Of a stretch of DNA of 64,000 bases, positions 1 through 13,394 are shown piece by piece. This DNA is from Eimeria praecox (taxonomy: Eukaryota). The notes beneath the pieces were generated by a model. The model saw nothing but the letters and a program-made list of their open reading frames with translations, was not told the origin of the DNA and made no database searches. The stretch is from contig OY986947.1 of NCBI GenBank assembly GCA_963920595.1, forward strand, positions 4,464,001 to 4,528,000. The letters run 5' to 3'. Every line of letters begins with the position of its first letter. The first letter of the stretch is position 1. The translations under genes and the position numbers were made by a program.

Positions 1-745
1 GGACGCCTACGGAGTGACTACCATGCAACCGCATTAAGCCAGCAGAAAGTGTGGAGACAAAAACCATGGTCATTGAACAGCAGCAGCAGCTAAGGAACGG
101 CGGTGGCTGAAGCAGCGGAAAAAGAGCAGCGGAGAAGGCGTGACGAAGCGCCAGCAGTAAATTTCAGCGTTCGAAGCGTACGTGGGTATAATGTAGAACG
201 GAAAAGTCGGATCTGCTGAGCAAAGATGCCACCAACTCTCCTCAGACCCAGCCTGCGTCGCCCACAAACTGTACGTGCACACCGTCCGAGCAGCTTCTGC
301 AGCTTTAGCAAACTTAGCATATCATGCAAAGACAACTGCCTGCACCTTTACTTCAGTGAACTGTCCGTGTGCTGCAAGCACGTTGGGGCCATAAGCTTAC
401 AGAATCTGGTACGTGAGTTATGCTAGCGTGCGAGCTGCAGTACAGAGGCCCCCTTATTCTAATGAATGCCTAGTTACCGCAGTAGCGCTCGTCCCTACAA
501 CTGCCGCTGATATAGAGAAGAGTGGAGACATGCTGCGGAATGCATCTCACCAGGTGCTTCTGTTTCTCGTCAACGATATTGGAAATGTCTTTTTCGAGTA
601 GCTCCAGCAGCTCAGCACGCGAATACAGTCGCAGTTCAGGGGGCTGCATGCTTTTGAGAGCTCCTTTTATGTGAGGGTGAAGCGAACAAATGTTGCACGT
701 ACACACACCACTAGCATTTGCGCTCGTGCTCGCGGTGTCCTCCAT
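1..745 (-). CDS. Probable 5' part of a spliced hypothetical protein gene (first exon 745-551); downstream exons unresolved
   Basis: ATG at 745 opens MEDTASTSANASGVCTCNICSLHPHIKG...ELLELLEKDISNIVDEKQKHL, which ends at a GTGAGA donor at 550. No family motif recognised. Confidence 0.35.
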
Positions 746-1260
746 GGCCGATTGGATTAGAAATAAACGAAGACCAAGTTAATACAAGGGTACTTGTTTC
801 GTACTGAGCTAAATAAATCCCATCCCCTCACCCTACGCAGGGGTTGGCTCTTGCGCTTAATCCTGAAACGGGGTTCTGCTCGGACAGACAGCAGGTAAAA
901 CTCCTCGTGTCCCTGGATGAGCTGTAATTACTGTTCATGTTACGGCGAGGGGACTCGCAAAAAAGAGGTGAGCGAATACGAAACCGTGGGCGTCTGTTTT
1001 TTGTGTTGTGACGCATCGGGTTCTTCCCGCGTCGTCGTTCGAGTGTCGCCGTGGCTTCCAGCTTGTTCATAGGGGAGACTCGGGGGTAATATCTGCGGAT
1101 CTACGTAAAGATTAATGAATACTAGGAAAGATATAGTGAAGATCGCAGGCTGACTAAATACCTTCTGCTAAGCAGAATGGACAGGGAGCCAAATGGCTTT
1201 CGCGATTCGCGCGCATCGCACTTCCTGTCTTCCTTAAAATATTTCAGATGCTCATCACAT

Positions 1261-2200
1261 TGTAACACGATCCAAAGCACTCAAAAACAAATAACTGCAG
1301 TATATAACGAATAATTACAGTCAACGGCAGAAAGTTTCAAGACCTCAGAGTTTAGCCGCTGCTTTCTTGTGCTAGCGCCTCGGTTTTTGGAACTCTTAGC
1401 TGCCACTACTATTGGCCCTTGCAGGCGTACTTTGGACGCTGTAAAGCGTAGCACTACGACTCCAAATGGACCGGTAGCGGTCTATCCGGAAGGCAAAACA
1501 CGAATATTATATTATTAGAAATAAAATTAGCCGCATGACACAAGAAATCAAGCTTCCGGACTAAAATTGCTCACCAGGCGCGAGGGTCTGGGGCTGGTTG
1601 CAAGAGTGGAGCTATAGCTAGGCTAGACTCGCTGGGGGTCAGTGTGGGGACGTGAGGATGGATGAGGAAGGGCGTATTCTTCTTCCTAAGGGGAGAACAG
1701 GTCCTGGAATACAAATATGCAACAATTATTTGATATTTTAAAGTTAGTTTAGGGGTCATCCGCTGAATGTGTCGCATATATATATGAGTTGACTGAGTAG
1801 GTCTATACAGGGCAGGCTAGTAGCGGTAGCATAGAGAGTTGCTCTCAACCAGTGTATATTCGGAGATGTAAACTGCACTCAGCGCCTATTCCATAATATA
1901 ACGAAAAAATATCAAGAATAATCTTTCATTCGTATCGGCCGCCAATCCCTTCCCCCCCAAGGAGGGGGAGAAAACATGAAGATTACCCTCATGCGGGTTA
2001 GTCCGTTACACTGCCGGCCTGACTGCATGCATACCCTGGGCGGCTGCAGAACACACACAAATTGATAACCTTATCTTCTGTCTATTTCAATTCTATATTC
2101 TAATAACATATTATTCTTACTCTCAGCCCGATAGACCTATAGAGGCCTAACCTGAGCACCACTGCAGTGCTTGCGCACTACGTCGCGCGGTTTAAAAAGG
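1261..2200. mobile_element. Possible decayed LTR-like remnants
   Basis: TGTAAC at 1261 and GTTACA ending at 2010 resemble LTR termini. 1475-1530 (ggtctatc...gaatattatattattagaaataaaattag) resembles the reverse complement of 2085-2140. No target-site duplication and no gag/pol found. Confidence 0.25.
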
Positions 2201-3368
2201 GACCAGCCCCCCTATACCATAATAATTATGAAATGCCTGAAGGATTCTACCCGCTAAGAGAGGATGCAAGCGCACAAGCGAGCTGTTAGCGCTGCATCCT
2301 TCCACCAGCATCGAGTATAATTATATAGTCCTTCCCCCTCAAACACCCCGGCGAAGTACACACACGAGCATTCAGTTCGAATGATGCATAGTAGTCATTC
2401 ACATGAAAGGCATTCCCTTTGTTTCTTGACTGAGGAACTACCCCGTCAAACGGCGTTCCCCGCAAGAGCAGAGTGCCAGCCTCCTATGACCCAAGCTATT
2501 ATTAGATGCAGCTAAAGGAGATCCTTCAAGAGTCCATGCTGGGTCGCCTAGTGAAGGAGTTGATGTAAGGTGTGCTGCAACTCATAGCAGAATATTCCTC
2601 ATCCCCGCACCAGCCTCAGGCCTTTCTGTAGCTAAGTGCAGTCCGCCTGTACGCTGCATAGGCGGTTGCTAGCTGCACCGTGGTAATTATCCTCCGTCTA
2701 GTATTTTGGCTGTGTTATGACCCACGACTTCCTTGGGCTTATTTCGAGGGCCCTGGTTTCAGCAGCTGAGTGGAAAAAGAGCGCAAACCCAAGTATGCTG
2801 ATACTGTTCCCAGCACTGCGCCTAACAGAAAATGTCAATGCAACGCTTCCTGATTGGGAAAAATCTTGAAACAGCACCAAACTCCCACTAATCTTCTACT
2901 TCATTAAGAGGCTCCCCCAGCGGCTAGGGCAAATGCTGCTGTAACTCTGGCAGATTCGGATACTGGTGTGTCGTCGGCAGCGCTCTATTCTCACGGCCCT
3001 GCTCTGTATGCGAAAGACTAGCGCAAACGAGGCGTCGAATCAGCAGAACGGTACATTCGCTGTGGGCAGCGACGGGAGCCAAATGGCACTCTCGTTTTTC
3101 CACTGTACAGGCGCATCTGTCCGTCGACTTTTGCCTGCGTACTATGGCCCAACGAGGACCCTACACTCTGCAGCACTTCATAGATCCTTCGGCCTTTATC
3201 ACTCAGATGGAGGTCGGGAGAATATGGCAACTAGAGAACATGCAGCAAAAGAGATTTTTGAGTGCCCGTTCCACTTTATAAGACCCACCAGGCCCGCAGG
3301 TTTAATGACGGTGCTGTGTGTAGCCCTCCCGCGTGTCCTACGCAGCATCTAGAAAAGTGGAGAGGAGT

Positions 3369-4786
3369 TCACGCGCAGCTACGGGGTAGGAACCAAAGGG
3401 CCAGCACCGAGGCACCCACGACGACACCATTGAATGCATAACTGATTCGCGTGTAAAGATCGACATGCCTGAGGACGGACAAGGGAAACCAACAAAAAAC
3501 AACAGATGCTGGCACACGGCTCAGCCTCCCCGCTGCCGCGCTTGACCAAATGACTTAGTGGCATCGCTGTCCTGCAATACAACAAACTGTGCCAGAAGCC
3601 TAAAATGTGCGATCAGCTGGCTACAAGATTGTTCCATATGCAGAAGGAAGAAACGAGATGAATACACTGCACAAGATGCGGAGCCAAGCCTTACAAGGAA
3701 CCTTGAGGATTCGTGCTGTTGTACGCCAAGCCGAAAGAAATGCCAGCAGCCATTCCCGCTAGATGGCCTATGACATCTGCACGCAGGAAGACGACATAAC
3801 ACAAGGAAATGCAGCACGATAAGCAGTGCACGCTCATTCAATGCTGCAATGAGTGAGTGTGAAGTCAAAGGTGGGCATAATACCCCACCGCCATTTACAG
3901 CATTTGGTTATAAATTCGAATACAGAAATAGGTTTCTCTATAAGCATCTTCTAGCATGCTTCTGATATGGTGGGCCCTTTCGCGGAAGGGTGCTGCCCAC
4001 CTGTAGCACTACCTATGGAGAAAAAGACGAAGAGGACACCGAAAAGCCTGAAGTCACAAGCACGTACTCCATACTCGTCCGCTTGTCAGCAGGTTTAGGT
4101 TGAAGCGCACAGGGAAGCGGCATATCTTTTCTGCTGCAGTTCCAGCGGCTGCTAAAACGTTGTTCATGCTGCTCTTGAGTGACACACAAGGACAATATAA
4201 CACTCACACGAGCTGCAACACTACAGGCCGTCGGTCCTCGATCGAATGCCAAATGACCACCAACTCCGCTAGCTGCGCGAACGGAAGAGCACAAGTTCAA
4301 TGGAATTGATAATACGCACTGGCGCATGCACTGCTTACACGCACACTACCAGGTTATGCAGACGGCAGCTGTTCACACCGAATCCCCGTGACTGTTTGGC
4401 ACAGGAAGTCCAGAACAATGCAGCGGAAGGCAGATGCAAAATATTGTAGAAAATATTTATAATGTTTGTATGAATCATTATGTTCATATATAAGAGCAGG
4501 TGTGATGAAATTAGGTACACAATGTGGGCTTAACATCCGTATGTTTTGAAAACCTTATGGGTTCACGCGCATTCCCCGTTAATATGATACATGCGTAGAT
4601 ACGCAGATAAGCAGATAGACAGACAGAGAGACACACACAGAGACAGACACGCAGCGACAGATGCATAAAGACGCAGACAGACAAGGGCAGGCAGACAGCT
4701 AGACAGACATACAGACAGATAGGCACACATATTGGCAGACAGAAAGACAGATACACAGAGAGAAAGATACACAGGCAGACAGATGC

Positions 4787-4868
<82 letters not shown>

Positions 4869-6160
4869 AGGCAATTTATGAAACTCACGTCAATTCCAAT
4901 GAGGCCGAAGATCGCCGTAGACGCTCCTACCTTCAGCTGAGCACCCCAACGTACTACTTCGTAGTCTTGAGAGCCACACTGCGTTGGCTACTAAGGAATA
5001 AAATGAAATTAGCAAACAAACTACAGCAAGAAGGCGACGAAGGCTTTAGTCGCCACTCCATAGGGCATTCGTAAAAAGTAAGAGATAGCAGGCAGATAGA
5101 CTTAGGAACAAGATTCATCATCCCTACCGCATTGCAGAAGAAAGCTGCAGCAGAAACCAGGTTTCCCACAAGCCCGCACACGAGGTAAGCGACGCAGATC
5201 CGGCGCGTGCCCCACCTGAGCATACACCCGAGCAAGCATAATTAAATGTTCTGACACTCCCCTTGACACCCCAACCACTAAAGAGACATACTGACAGAAC
5301 TACGCTCATAAAACTAAGCATGCAACTGCGAGCAGACCGCTATGGTGGCAATTGAAGCCACTATAGGTACGCATCAACGCCTTTTGAAAGTCGGCAATGG
5401 CGCACTTTTCTTCAATGGCAGCTCCAATTCGGACTTGCATGAACATATTAACCTGTAGGACACGGCAGCACTGAAATGAACATATTTGTCTGTGGGCCAA
5501 GCCAGAACTGACAGGAGCAAACCGTTGCTGCCCAGTTAGGCCGTGTGCAATTTCTGCCAGTATTCCCAACAGGCGCTACCCTAGGAAGTGCAGGATTTCA
5601 GCTCACCAAGAGGTGAAAAATGTTCAGGTGTAGAAACATCGGGCATATTAAGCGCCATATTTGGCCCCTTCTTATCTCACTCGGAATGCTGGCGCCAAAA
5701 ACAATCAACGAAGAACTGCAATTGATCGCACAGCATATAAATGCCTCATTGTCACTCATACCAAGCCACCAGCACCGAACAGGACAGCTCGAACGAGAAT
5801 TGCAGGCATCCAAGCGAAGGAAGATGCCCGATAGGGGGAAGTCAAAGAAAATAGGGAGGAAGCAGCGCGCTGGGGCGCGTACCGCATCACTGCTCACATG
5901 GAAGGGCTCGTAGGGTTGTCTGGGGATTGTCCATAGATAACACTTGCAATATAGACGATAAGATCGATAACAGCGAGAATGAAGACACAATGCTTAGCGC
6001 TGAATTTTGGCAGCAAGCATTCCATCAGACTCCAGCCCGGCTGAGGGGAACCGCTACTAGGGAATGCAATCGAAGGCAGCGCTCCCCCAAATGTCTGCAT
6101 ATCCCCCTGCGCATTTTTGTCCTGGCTTTCCAGGTCTGCTAAAGTATGAACTCTCGCCAT
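3369..6160 (-). CDS. ROM2: Rhomboid intramembrane serine protease, ROM2-like (9 exons: 6160-5898, 5715-5607, 5452-5406, 5215-5128, 4936-4889, 4272-4208, 4047-4001, 3776-3695, 3468-3369)
   Basis: The spliced product has the WR motif (GQIWRLICPMFLHLNIFHLL-VNMFMQVRIG), the catalytic GAST (LKVGASTAIFGLIG) and the catalytic His (DVIGHLAG). N-terminus MARVHTLAD and C-terminus WFLPRSCA* resemble Toxoplasma ROM2 as recalled. All junctions are GT-AG and phase-consistent. Confidence 0.9.
4605..4865. repeat. Compound microsatellite, (AGAC)n-like + (CT)n + (AT)n, in a ROM2 intron
   Basis: Directly visible. Confidence 0.95.
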
Positions 6161-7056
6161 CTTGAAGTCTTGTTGATGGTCGGTGACGCGAACTGGGGGT
6201 AATCCTCCTTAAGCCCGAGGCAGGGACAAAGGCGACAGGCAATAGAACTAATGGAGTTCTTCCAATCTTCAAAAGAACTATCAAACTGAGCCTTAAAGAA
6301 GGGCGAGCCAAGCTCCTATCGTAGCTTAGGTTGTCCTGCTACGAGGATCAGTGCTGGATCTCCCACAAATATCCTTGTCCTCGGGTTGCGATTTTCGTAC
6401 TCAGGCTTACGAAGAAAAGAAAATAGAGTCACCAAAAACGTTAATTCAGGATATCGGAAGGAAATTTTGGTTACCAGTGCATGGATGCTGGTGACACACA
6501 CCCAGGAACGCAGCTTAGTTAAGGTGTCTGCATCTTGTCCCGAAGGCATTCAAAGCAGTACAAATAAGCGTAATTCATTAGTTGCAGTGGCGTTTTTGCT
6601 TTTCTTTTCAAAATAGAAGGAACCGTACACGCGTACTTTGGCCCCACGACCCCGTGCTGACCGCATGCTACCGCTGACTTGAAGTGAGGGATTATAAAGA
6701 TCTGAATAGTCGCAGATTGAGGTCTTTGACCACGAAGAACCCTGTTTCATATTTAATCCTACAGTAGAATGCAGAGGTTTCACATGTCTCCTCTCAATAG
6801 CCAATCAGCGTTTCACAGCGGCAAGGCTCTACTACACCACTGGATAACCTCTGCAGCCGTCTGCTATTCTGGTGATCCCCAGTTGCAAAAGTCAAATCGT
6901 GTAATAATCACTTGCTAACGGTGAAGCCTTTCCCTACTCCTTCACCTGGTAACGCCCAACACTCTCTCGCTGCACCCACCTCTGCAGATGCCATCAAAAG
7001 AGCTTGTGGTCATCTGTCGAGGCAGGGCGGCTCTTCAGTTTAAACTCAGCATGGCA

Positions 7057-9772
7057 TCATCGTTTGCGTGTGTGGGCAATAGCTACACTCGTAGTCGCAT
7101 GTTCCGAACTACTGCGAACTACGGAAGTACGGGCATACAGCCACGTGCCTGAAAAATTCCTTGTGGCTCATCAACTAGCCAAGCCACTGTATAGGCGTCC
7201 ATTTAATAAGGTTTTATACTATAGCTCCACTACTTCCATCTGTGGAGCAACTACCGGAGCCAATTACGCATTTGTTTCTGAATGCTTTCGCCGTCGGAAA
7301 GCCCGCATCCTTGCAGAGCGGAAATCAAATGCTCTCCTAAAGGCGCATCCACCACCACGTCGTTTCCTGAGCGCAATGGATGGGTTGCAGGAGAAAGTCT
7401 CCTTTGGTCCCTATGTAGCCGATGACTGTTGCTTCGGTTTTGCGCTGGGCTACACGTGCGTTCAAGGCATCAAAAATCCCCAAATCTAAACGCTGAACAG
7501 ATCGCTGTGGGGTGAAAATTGGCAGAAATCGCACCTGCGAAAGTCCTCCACTGGATTTGCTTGAGATGCAGTGGCAGCGCAGCCACTTCTCTCCGGTGTA
7601 TGAACTCCTCCGGACCCGCCATCTCTAAACATCCGAAAGCTCGCGACTCCTGTACTTTTCTTTCCTCCTGCTGCCACCTCTCCAGCAGATGAGCGTACAG
7701 TCTATCTCCCTTCAGCGGACAGCGAAGACCTGCACGCATTCGCATTTGGGTGACGCTGCTCTCAGCTTTCCATGTTGCAGGTCTGCAGCAACCGTATGCA
7801 CAGACGAAACATTTCCCCCCTCAGGAACCCTAAATTTGCTGACACAGCTGTAACACAGTTTAGCGAAGCGCCATCAGCTCTAAAAAAAATAAAAAACATT
7901 CAGGCCGTACCGAAGGCGCAGTGGGCACGAATTTGGTGGCGAAGAAGATCCAATCCTGCCTCCAGCAAAATGATGGAAACGCAGCGGTTGTCGCGACGGT
8001 CTAGGCTGCTATGAGGTATCTGCTGATCGCCAGAGGCATCCACTTTCAGAGAACGCAAAAGTCTCCACTTGGTAGTGGCCACTGTCCCCCCGAGATGGGC
8101 TGCAGCTGGGATTGCAGCTCCGACGCACTGCGTAGCCCACAAGAGACAACAAAATTGAGGCTCCTTGCTAGATGAATGGCAGCAGTCAGTCCTTCACAAA
8201 GAGACAATCAAGTGTTTGCTCCATGTATGCACGCACGGAACTAAAGCCATGTGGTTCAAAAGGCTACACCTGCTCTAAACGCAAAGGGATCTTCACGCTT
8301 CCGCTATGTCCGAGGGGACTTCCCTCCACGACCGCGATAAACTTCAACGTCCCAAAGCCTCCGCTGCACGCAATTATACAAGCACTATGATATATGAATC
8401 ATGAAGGATGCCCTCACGCTCTTCAAGAAGCCAAATATACCGCCCCTGAGACACTAGCCACCCACCTAGCCTCCTACTTACTACCCACGAGTCGAACAAA
8501 TCGCAAGCATGAATTTTCACAAAAGTACAACGGGTTGCAATAGACGCGACCTACTCACCGAGCAATGGCCTTGCGAGCAACTGAGGCAGCAGGGCGGCTG
8601 CGACACAGCAGAACTGCGCCACTGCAGTAGCGGCCAGGGATCATCAGCGGTATTGGGGTCTGCGTTGCAAAATACAGCCGCCTAGAAGGCGTTTATACTC
8701 TTTCAATGGTATAAAGAGGTGCACCTAAAGCGGCATGAAGCTATATACCACCCCAAACAAGCGCTCATCACAATAAGCGGCTGCTCTGAAATGCATGTTC
8801 ACGCCTTGACTGCGATTACTTTGACTGCTAAAAGAACTTAAGAGGGGCACTTCTGCAGACGGAAACGCCTCCAAATGCACCTCTGCGCTATCTGCAGATG
8901 CGCTCGAATCGTCCTTCAGCAGAACGGACAGCTGGTGCTGCGGCACAAAAGCGGCAGCAATTCAGACAAAACGACACGCCAACTATGTACTATGGACTTA
9001 CCCCTTCCAAGCCTTTCAAAATGCCATTATCGCAGTCTTTACAATCGCAGCGCCTACATACGTGTGCCAATAAGTCCCTCTGCTGATCTGCACACGTCAG
9101 CTTACAACTAGTCGTCCGACCGTGACACCACAGGGTTTGTTTATAACAAGGAAATCTTCATCTTGAAATAGTAAATGCTCCTTCTTGGCCGACTGCTGCT
9201 GTTGGCACTGGTGTCCTGCGAAGTTGCTAATGCTGTTTTTGCTGCTACTAGAGGGGAAGTAAAGAGTGTCCCCTTGCTGTAGCCACGCGCCACAACCAGT
9301 GCGTCTTCTGTTCTTTGCATCCTTCACTTGTTTCAAATGCTCTTCTGGATCCCTGAAGAGACAAATCCATCAACCCCCTGTTGGTTCTGCCCTTCTGTTG
9401 ACGCAACTAAGTGCGTGCGCCTGCGCACACACTTGTGCAGTTCATCTACATGCATCTCCCACAGCAGCAAGCGTTAAAGCAGATGAATCCAATCCTTCTG
9501 CCCACAGATGACAGCATCTGCATATAGGAACTGCTGCCACTAACACTGCCTGCTACTCGCGCAGCCCTTATGTCTCCTCATTACCTCCCCTTTGGGACAA
9601 CGAATGCCTCCTTGAGCCGCAGAAGTCTCTGTACAGATGCCCACGAGCAGTCGCACAGCCTCTGAAGCAACCGGGTAACTCTCTGAGGCCTTCCTTCAAC
9701 CCTTGCGCTTGCCGTGTGCAGCGGGGTGCTGTACGCGGCCAAGCCAGCAGCACCTGAAGCGGAGCGCAACAA
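7057..9772 (-). CDS. RluA/RluD-family pseudouridine-synthase-like protein with N-terminal S4-like domain; start and last exon uncertain
   Basis: Exons encode an S4-like QRVTRLLQRLCDCSWASVQRLLRLKEAFV and WLQQGDTLYFP. They also encode motif I LLFQDEDFLVINKPCG, KFIAVVEGSP, ATTKWRLL, LLRHQIRAHCAFG-LRCPLKGDRLY, LHLKQI and VDAPLGEHL. Confidence 0.8.
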
Positions 9773-9885
9773 AACGCATGCAGTGGTGCATGCTAGCTGA
9801 ATATCAGTAATTGCAGCTGATATGCAACATCTTATATTTAGATAGCATTCTCGTTTCTACCCATCCATATCTTCTTTTTCGCATT

Positions 9886-11230
9886 TTAAAGGCCAAAAAT
9901 GGGGATGAGTTTAGACAACGCGCCTATTGCTTCTTTCAGTCTTGTATGCACCGTAGTAGGCTTAGGCGGCTGCTGAACTTCTTCGGCTTCTCTTCCGGAT
10001 GGAGAAACGGACAAACCGCCTGAGGATGCAGTTGCTGTTGTGGCTGTAGCTTGAACTCCATGCGCAGCTGCAGCTATACGTTTAGCTGTAGCTGTCATCT
10101 CTCCGGCATTCATTGTATCGCTACCTACACCACGCAGTTCTCTGATAGCGGCGTCTGGATCACTGGACTGAGTAGCACAGGCATACGCCGGCAGCGGGGT
10201 AGGTGGATCTCCCACATATTCGTTGGGGGCTGAGGCGCCTCGGGTCCCCGCTTCTTGGTTGGTGGGAGAAGGGGGGAAACAGGCGTAGCCCCTGTTGTCC
10301 ACATTTGCTTCAGCTATGTAGTTTTTATCCCCATACTGAGGTACGAGCCTCTGCAATGTCAGAATCCTCTGTCGCTGGCTTCGTGTCACTCCGTATCGTG
10401 CTTTTGTGTGCACTTTCCCTTGGTGGCACATAAATACTGTGGAAACTCTAGGAAAAACTGGTCCCGTCTGCAGGATTTGTGCATTTGCTTGACGGCAGAG
10501 AAGAGACACACTGAGCATTTGATACAGAGATTACCACGGGTTCAACGAGAAACATGTCCCCAGAGATCGGAGAGCGTACGCACACGGCGTATGCAACAAC
10601 AATAGTGACAAGATTATGCAGGAGGGAACGGAGATTTTGTTCCTCAAGAGATGGTTCTTGTGGGGAAGGATTCAAGGTTCCCTGCAAATCCTTTAGAAGC
10701 CCTTGTGAGGAGTCGATGATGCCTGCTGCGCCGAGCCGTGCTCAGCGCAGCAGGCGTCATCGACCCTTTCTAGCACCCCCTTGGGGCACCAGTTTACTAA
10801 TTACTCTTTGTCAATGTAATTGTATACCTTGAGGTTCTAAACAAGCGCATTCACCGCGCATTTGCATCATGAAGTTCGCAGCCGACGGCAGCCCGTCGGA
10901 GCAGCGAAGTTCCCTACTGCCACATATAGTGGAAGGTTCTGAATGGCACAGCCTTCCTGCAGCTCAGAACTGCTTATTATCTTTCCAAAAAGGAACCAAA
11001 ACGCAAAGGGGCCAGAGGGTAGTTTCAGCAAACCCCCTACACACCCCACTGTAGGTCTTCTCGAGATTTGGGACCACTCTCCGTGAATTTTCTACTCTGA
11101 CGGCACACCTGCAACCCTTCAGATTAACGGCTATTCTAACCGAGCCTACGTGCAATTCTACCTCGTCCCCTGGCAAATGGGGACAGCCCTTTGAAGAACA
11201 ACGCAGTTCCTGCCGCTCCCCATTCAGTCC
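9886..11230 (-). CDS. Spliced hypothetical protein (large probable last exon within 10518-9886; upstream exons approximate)
   Basis: 210-aa open frame with protein-like composition (GPVFPRVSTVFMCHQGKVHTKARYG...) and upstream GT-AG-bounded open segments. No family recognised. Confidence 0.45.
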
Positions 11231-11768
11231 GCGAACTACTAACTACAGCTGCTTGTAGTGTGCTAGCAAATGACTGCCTGCAGCATATGTACGCTACACG
11301 AAACAGTGATTTCCAAAGAAATCATATATGAAGGCCGTCAGCGTCAACAGATGCCGAATCGGCCATTTGAAGGTTTGTATCTTTGCGTAGTACACCTTCA
11401 AGCACCACCACCTCAATTCCCATCAAAAACAACAGTAAACAGAACAGCAGGCATTTGTTGGGGCTCGCAACGCACGAGCATACCACGCCCCCAACGCTCG
11501 CGGCAGCATCAGCTAGCGGAGCAATATTCAGTTTCGTACCTCCGCTTCGGAACCTGCAGACGCTACCCATCTGCCCTCGTCATTTGAGAGCCCTAAACAC
11601 TCCTTAGGGCTTCCCTTACAGATTGAACACATTCCTGCCTCCACCTCATGCACCGGCACGGTCACCCGCGCGACGCAGGTATTTAACAGGCAGCACAATA
11701 CAGGACAGCGAACGCCACTGGCATTACTGGGCCCCGTAATCCCGCTCGTGCCTTCGCCTGAGGCATTT

Positions 11769-13394
11769 TCATCTCCTCCCTCGGCCTCCCCTCATCTCCC
11801 GCTCGTCATCAGAGTAGTCCCGACGACGCGGACTGCAGCATAAAAGTAGGATGTGTAGCAACGAGGATGTGAATGTGCACCGCATCAGCAATCACGCAGC
11901 ACCACAAAATGGCCGGCGCCTTCAGCCACGCTGCCTCAGTCCAGCATGCATCTGTGAAATCTGAGAAGCCCAAATCTTAAAATGTAAACACACCTGTAAG
12001 AGCGTCGTCTGTCAATGCTGCGGCTGCGGCTGCGGCTGCGGCCCCTTCGGCCGCGGTAATCATTGTACTCGCTGCCCTCGCTGCTATACCCGGGACTGCA
12101 ACACAGAAGCACGCCCCATCCATACAGCAGAAGCAGATGAAAGGATCATCTATGTACACCCACAAGCTACAAAGACAAGCAGCCCGCCAAACGAGCGCAG
12201 AGCGCACCTGCGTCGTGTGTCGCGGCCCCGGAAACCCTCGGGGGAGGGGCGTCTCCTTCGGCCCGGAGGACTCATTCGGCGGCCTTTGGCACCTGGACCT
12301 TTGGCGATTTCTACGCGAAGACTGCACAGCGTACGTACACCTCAGCAGGATGGAAATGGAGAATGCGCACAGTGCTGCAGGGGATGTTGCAGCGGCCTCT
12401 TGGCGGGAGCCCTCAGGTTTCGGGGGCGAAATAAACACAGGGATGGAGAGTAGAGAAACCTCCCCTCCCGGAAATTCAAGCGCTTCGAATGCAGGAAGCG
12501 CACATATTGCGTGCGCCACTTACAAAGCGGCAGGCCAACAACAACGTGCGCTCAAATGCGCAAAACAACAGGGGTACATGCACCTTTTACACTGCAAAGC
12601 GAATATAAATGCACAGAATACAGCCGCATCCAATCTGTTTACCCGACAACAAAGCCGCAGCGCAGACGCAGAGAAGATAAGAAGAAAGCACCGCACGGCA
12701 GGAGGCTGAGTGAGTTCGGTGTACGGGACAACCAGCAGCCATAATCCCCCCATACAGGCAGGCAGGAAGGGGAGAATCGGGGGAAGTGAAGTGAAGCGAC
12801 GAGCCTAAGACCAGAGGCACCTTCGCATGATGCGAGCGCCTCCCCCTCTCAACTTGCATGCGTTCAGCTGCAGATTGCGGCATTTACAACAACAACAAAG
12901 GCTCACTACTTCTCCCGATGCAGTATTCCATCTGTGGCCTCCACCGCGTCTCGGGCGTCCCGCATGTCCTCAAAGGTCTTCAACACAAACAAGCAAACAA
13001 TCCCACAAGGCGACGCTAACTGCAACGGATAAATACTGCGCAGCGCACAAACTGCTGCAGACGAACACAAGTGCTTCCCCTAATGAAGACTCACCACAAA
13101 AGCAAACCCAGGAGGGTTCCTCGCCACCCAAATATTGCTGAGCTTCCCATAACGTCTGAAGATCTCCTCCAATTCCGTCGAAGTGGATTCCGGATCTAGA
13201 TTTCCTGAAAGTAACATGCCGAAACGAGGTGGAGGTGCGGTTGAACCGAAGACAATGAAGCACAGACAACCTACGAGGTAAGTGCGGAGCAAATGAAGTT
13301 TGTGCATGGAACAGTATTGATATAAACAATAGAAATAAAGCGCACCAACATACACCTTCCTCCCGTGCGTCAACTCGTCGTCCGCGCGATGCAT
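11769..13394 (-). CDS. SR-family splicing factor (single RRM + RS domain, SRSF3/SRSF7-like, no Zn knuckle seen)
   Basis: [65 protein letters not shown]...-LRVEIAKG, then RSRSRSRS repeats. TGA at 11771-11769. Confidence 0.9.

Noticed and set aside
12820..12868. Alternative poison-exon acceptor at 12868 in the SR gene
   Set aside because: It would require a 39-nt intron, which is implausibly short.
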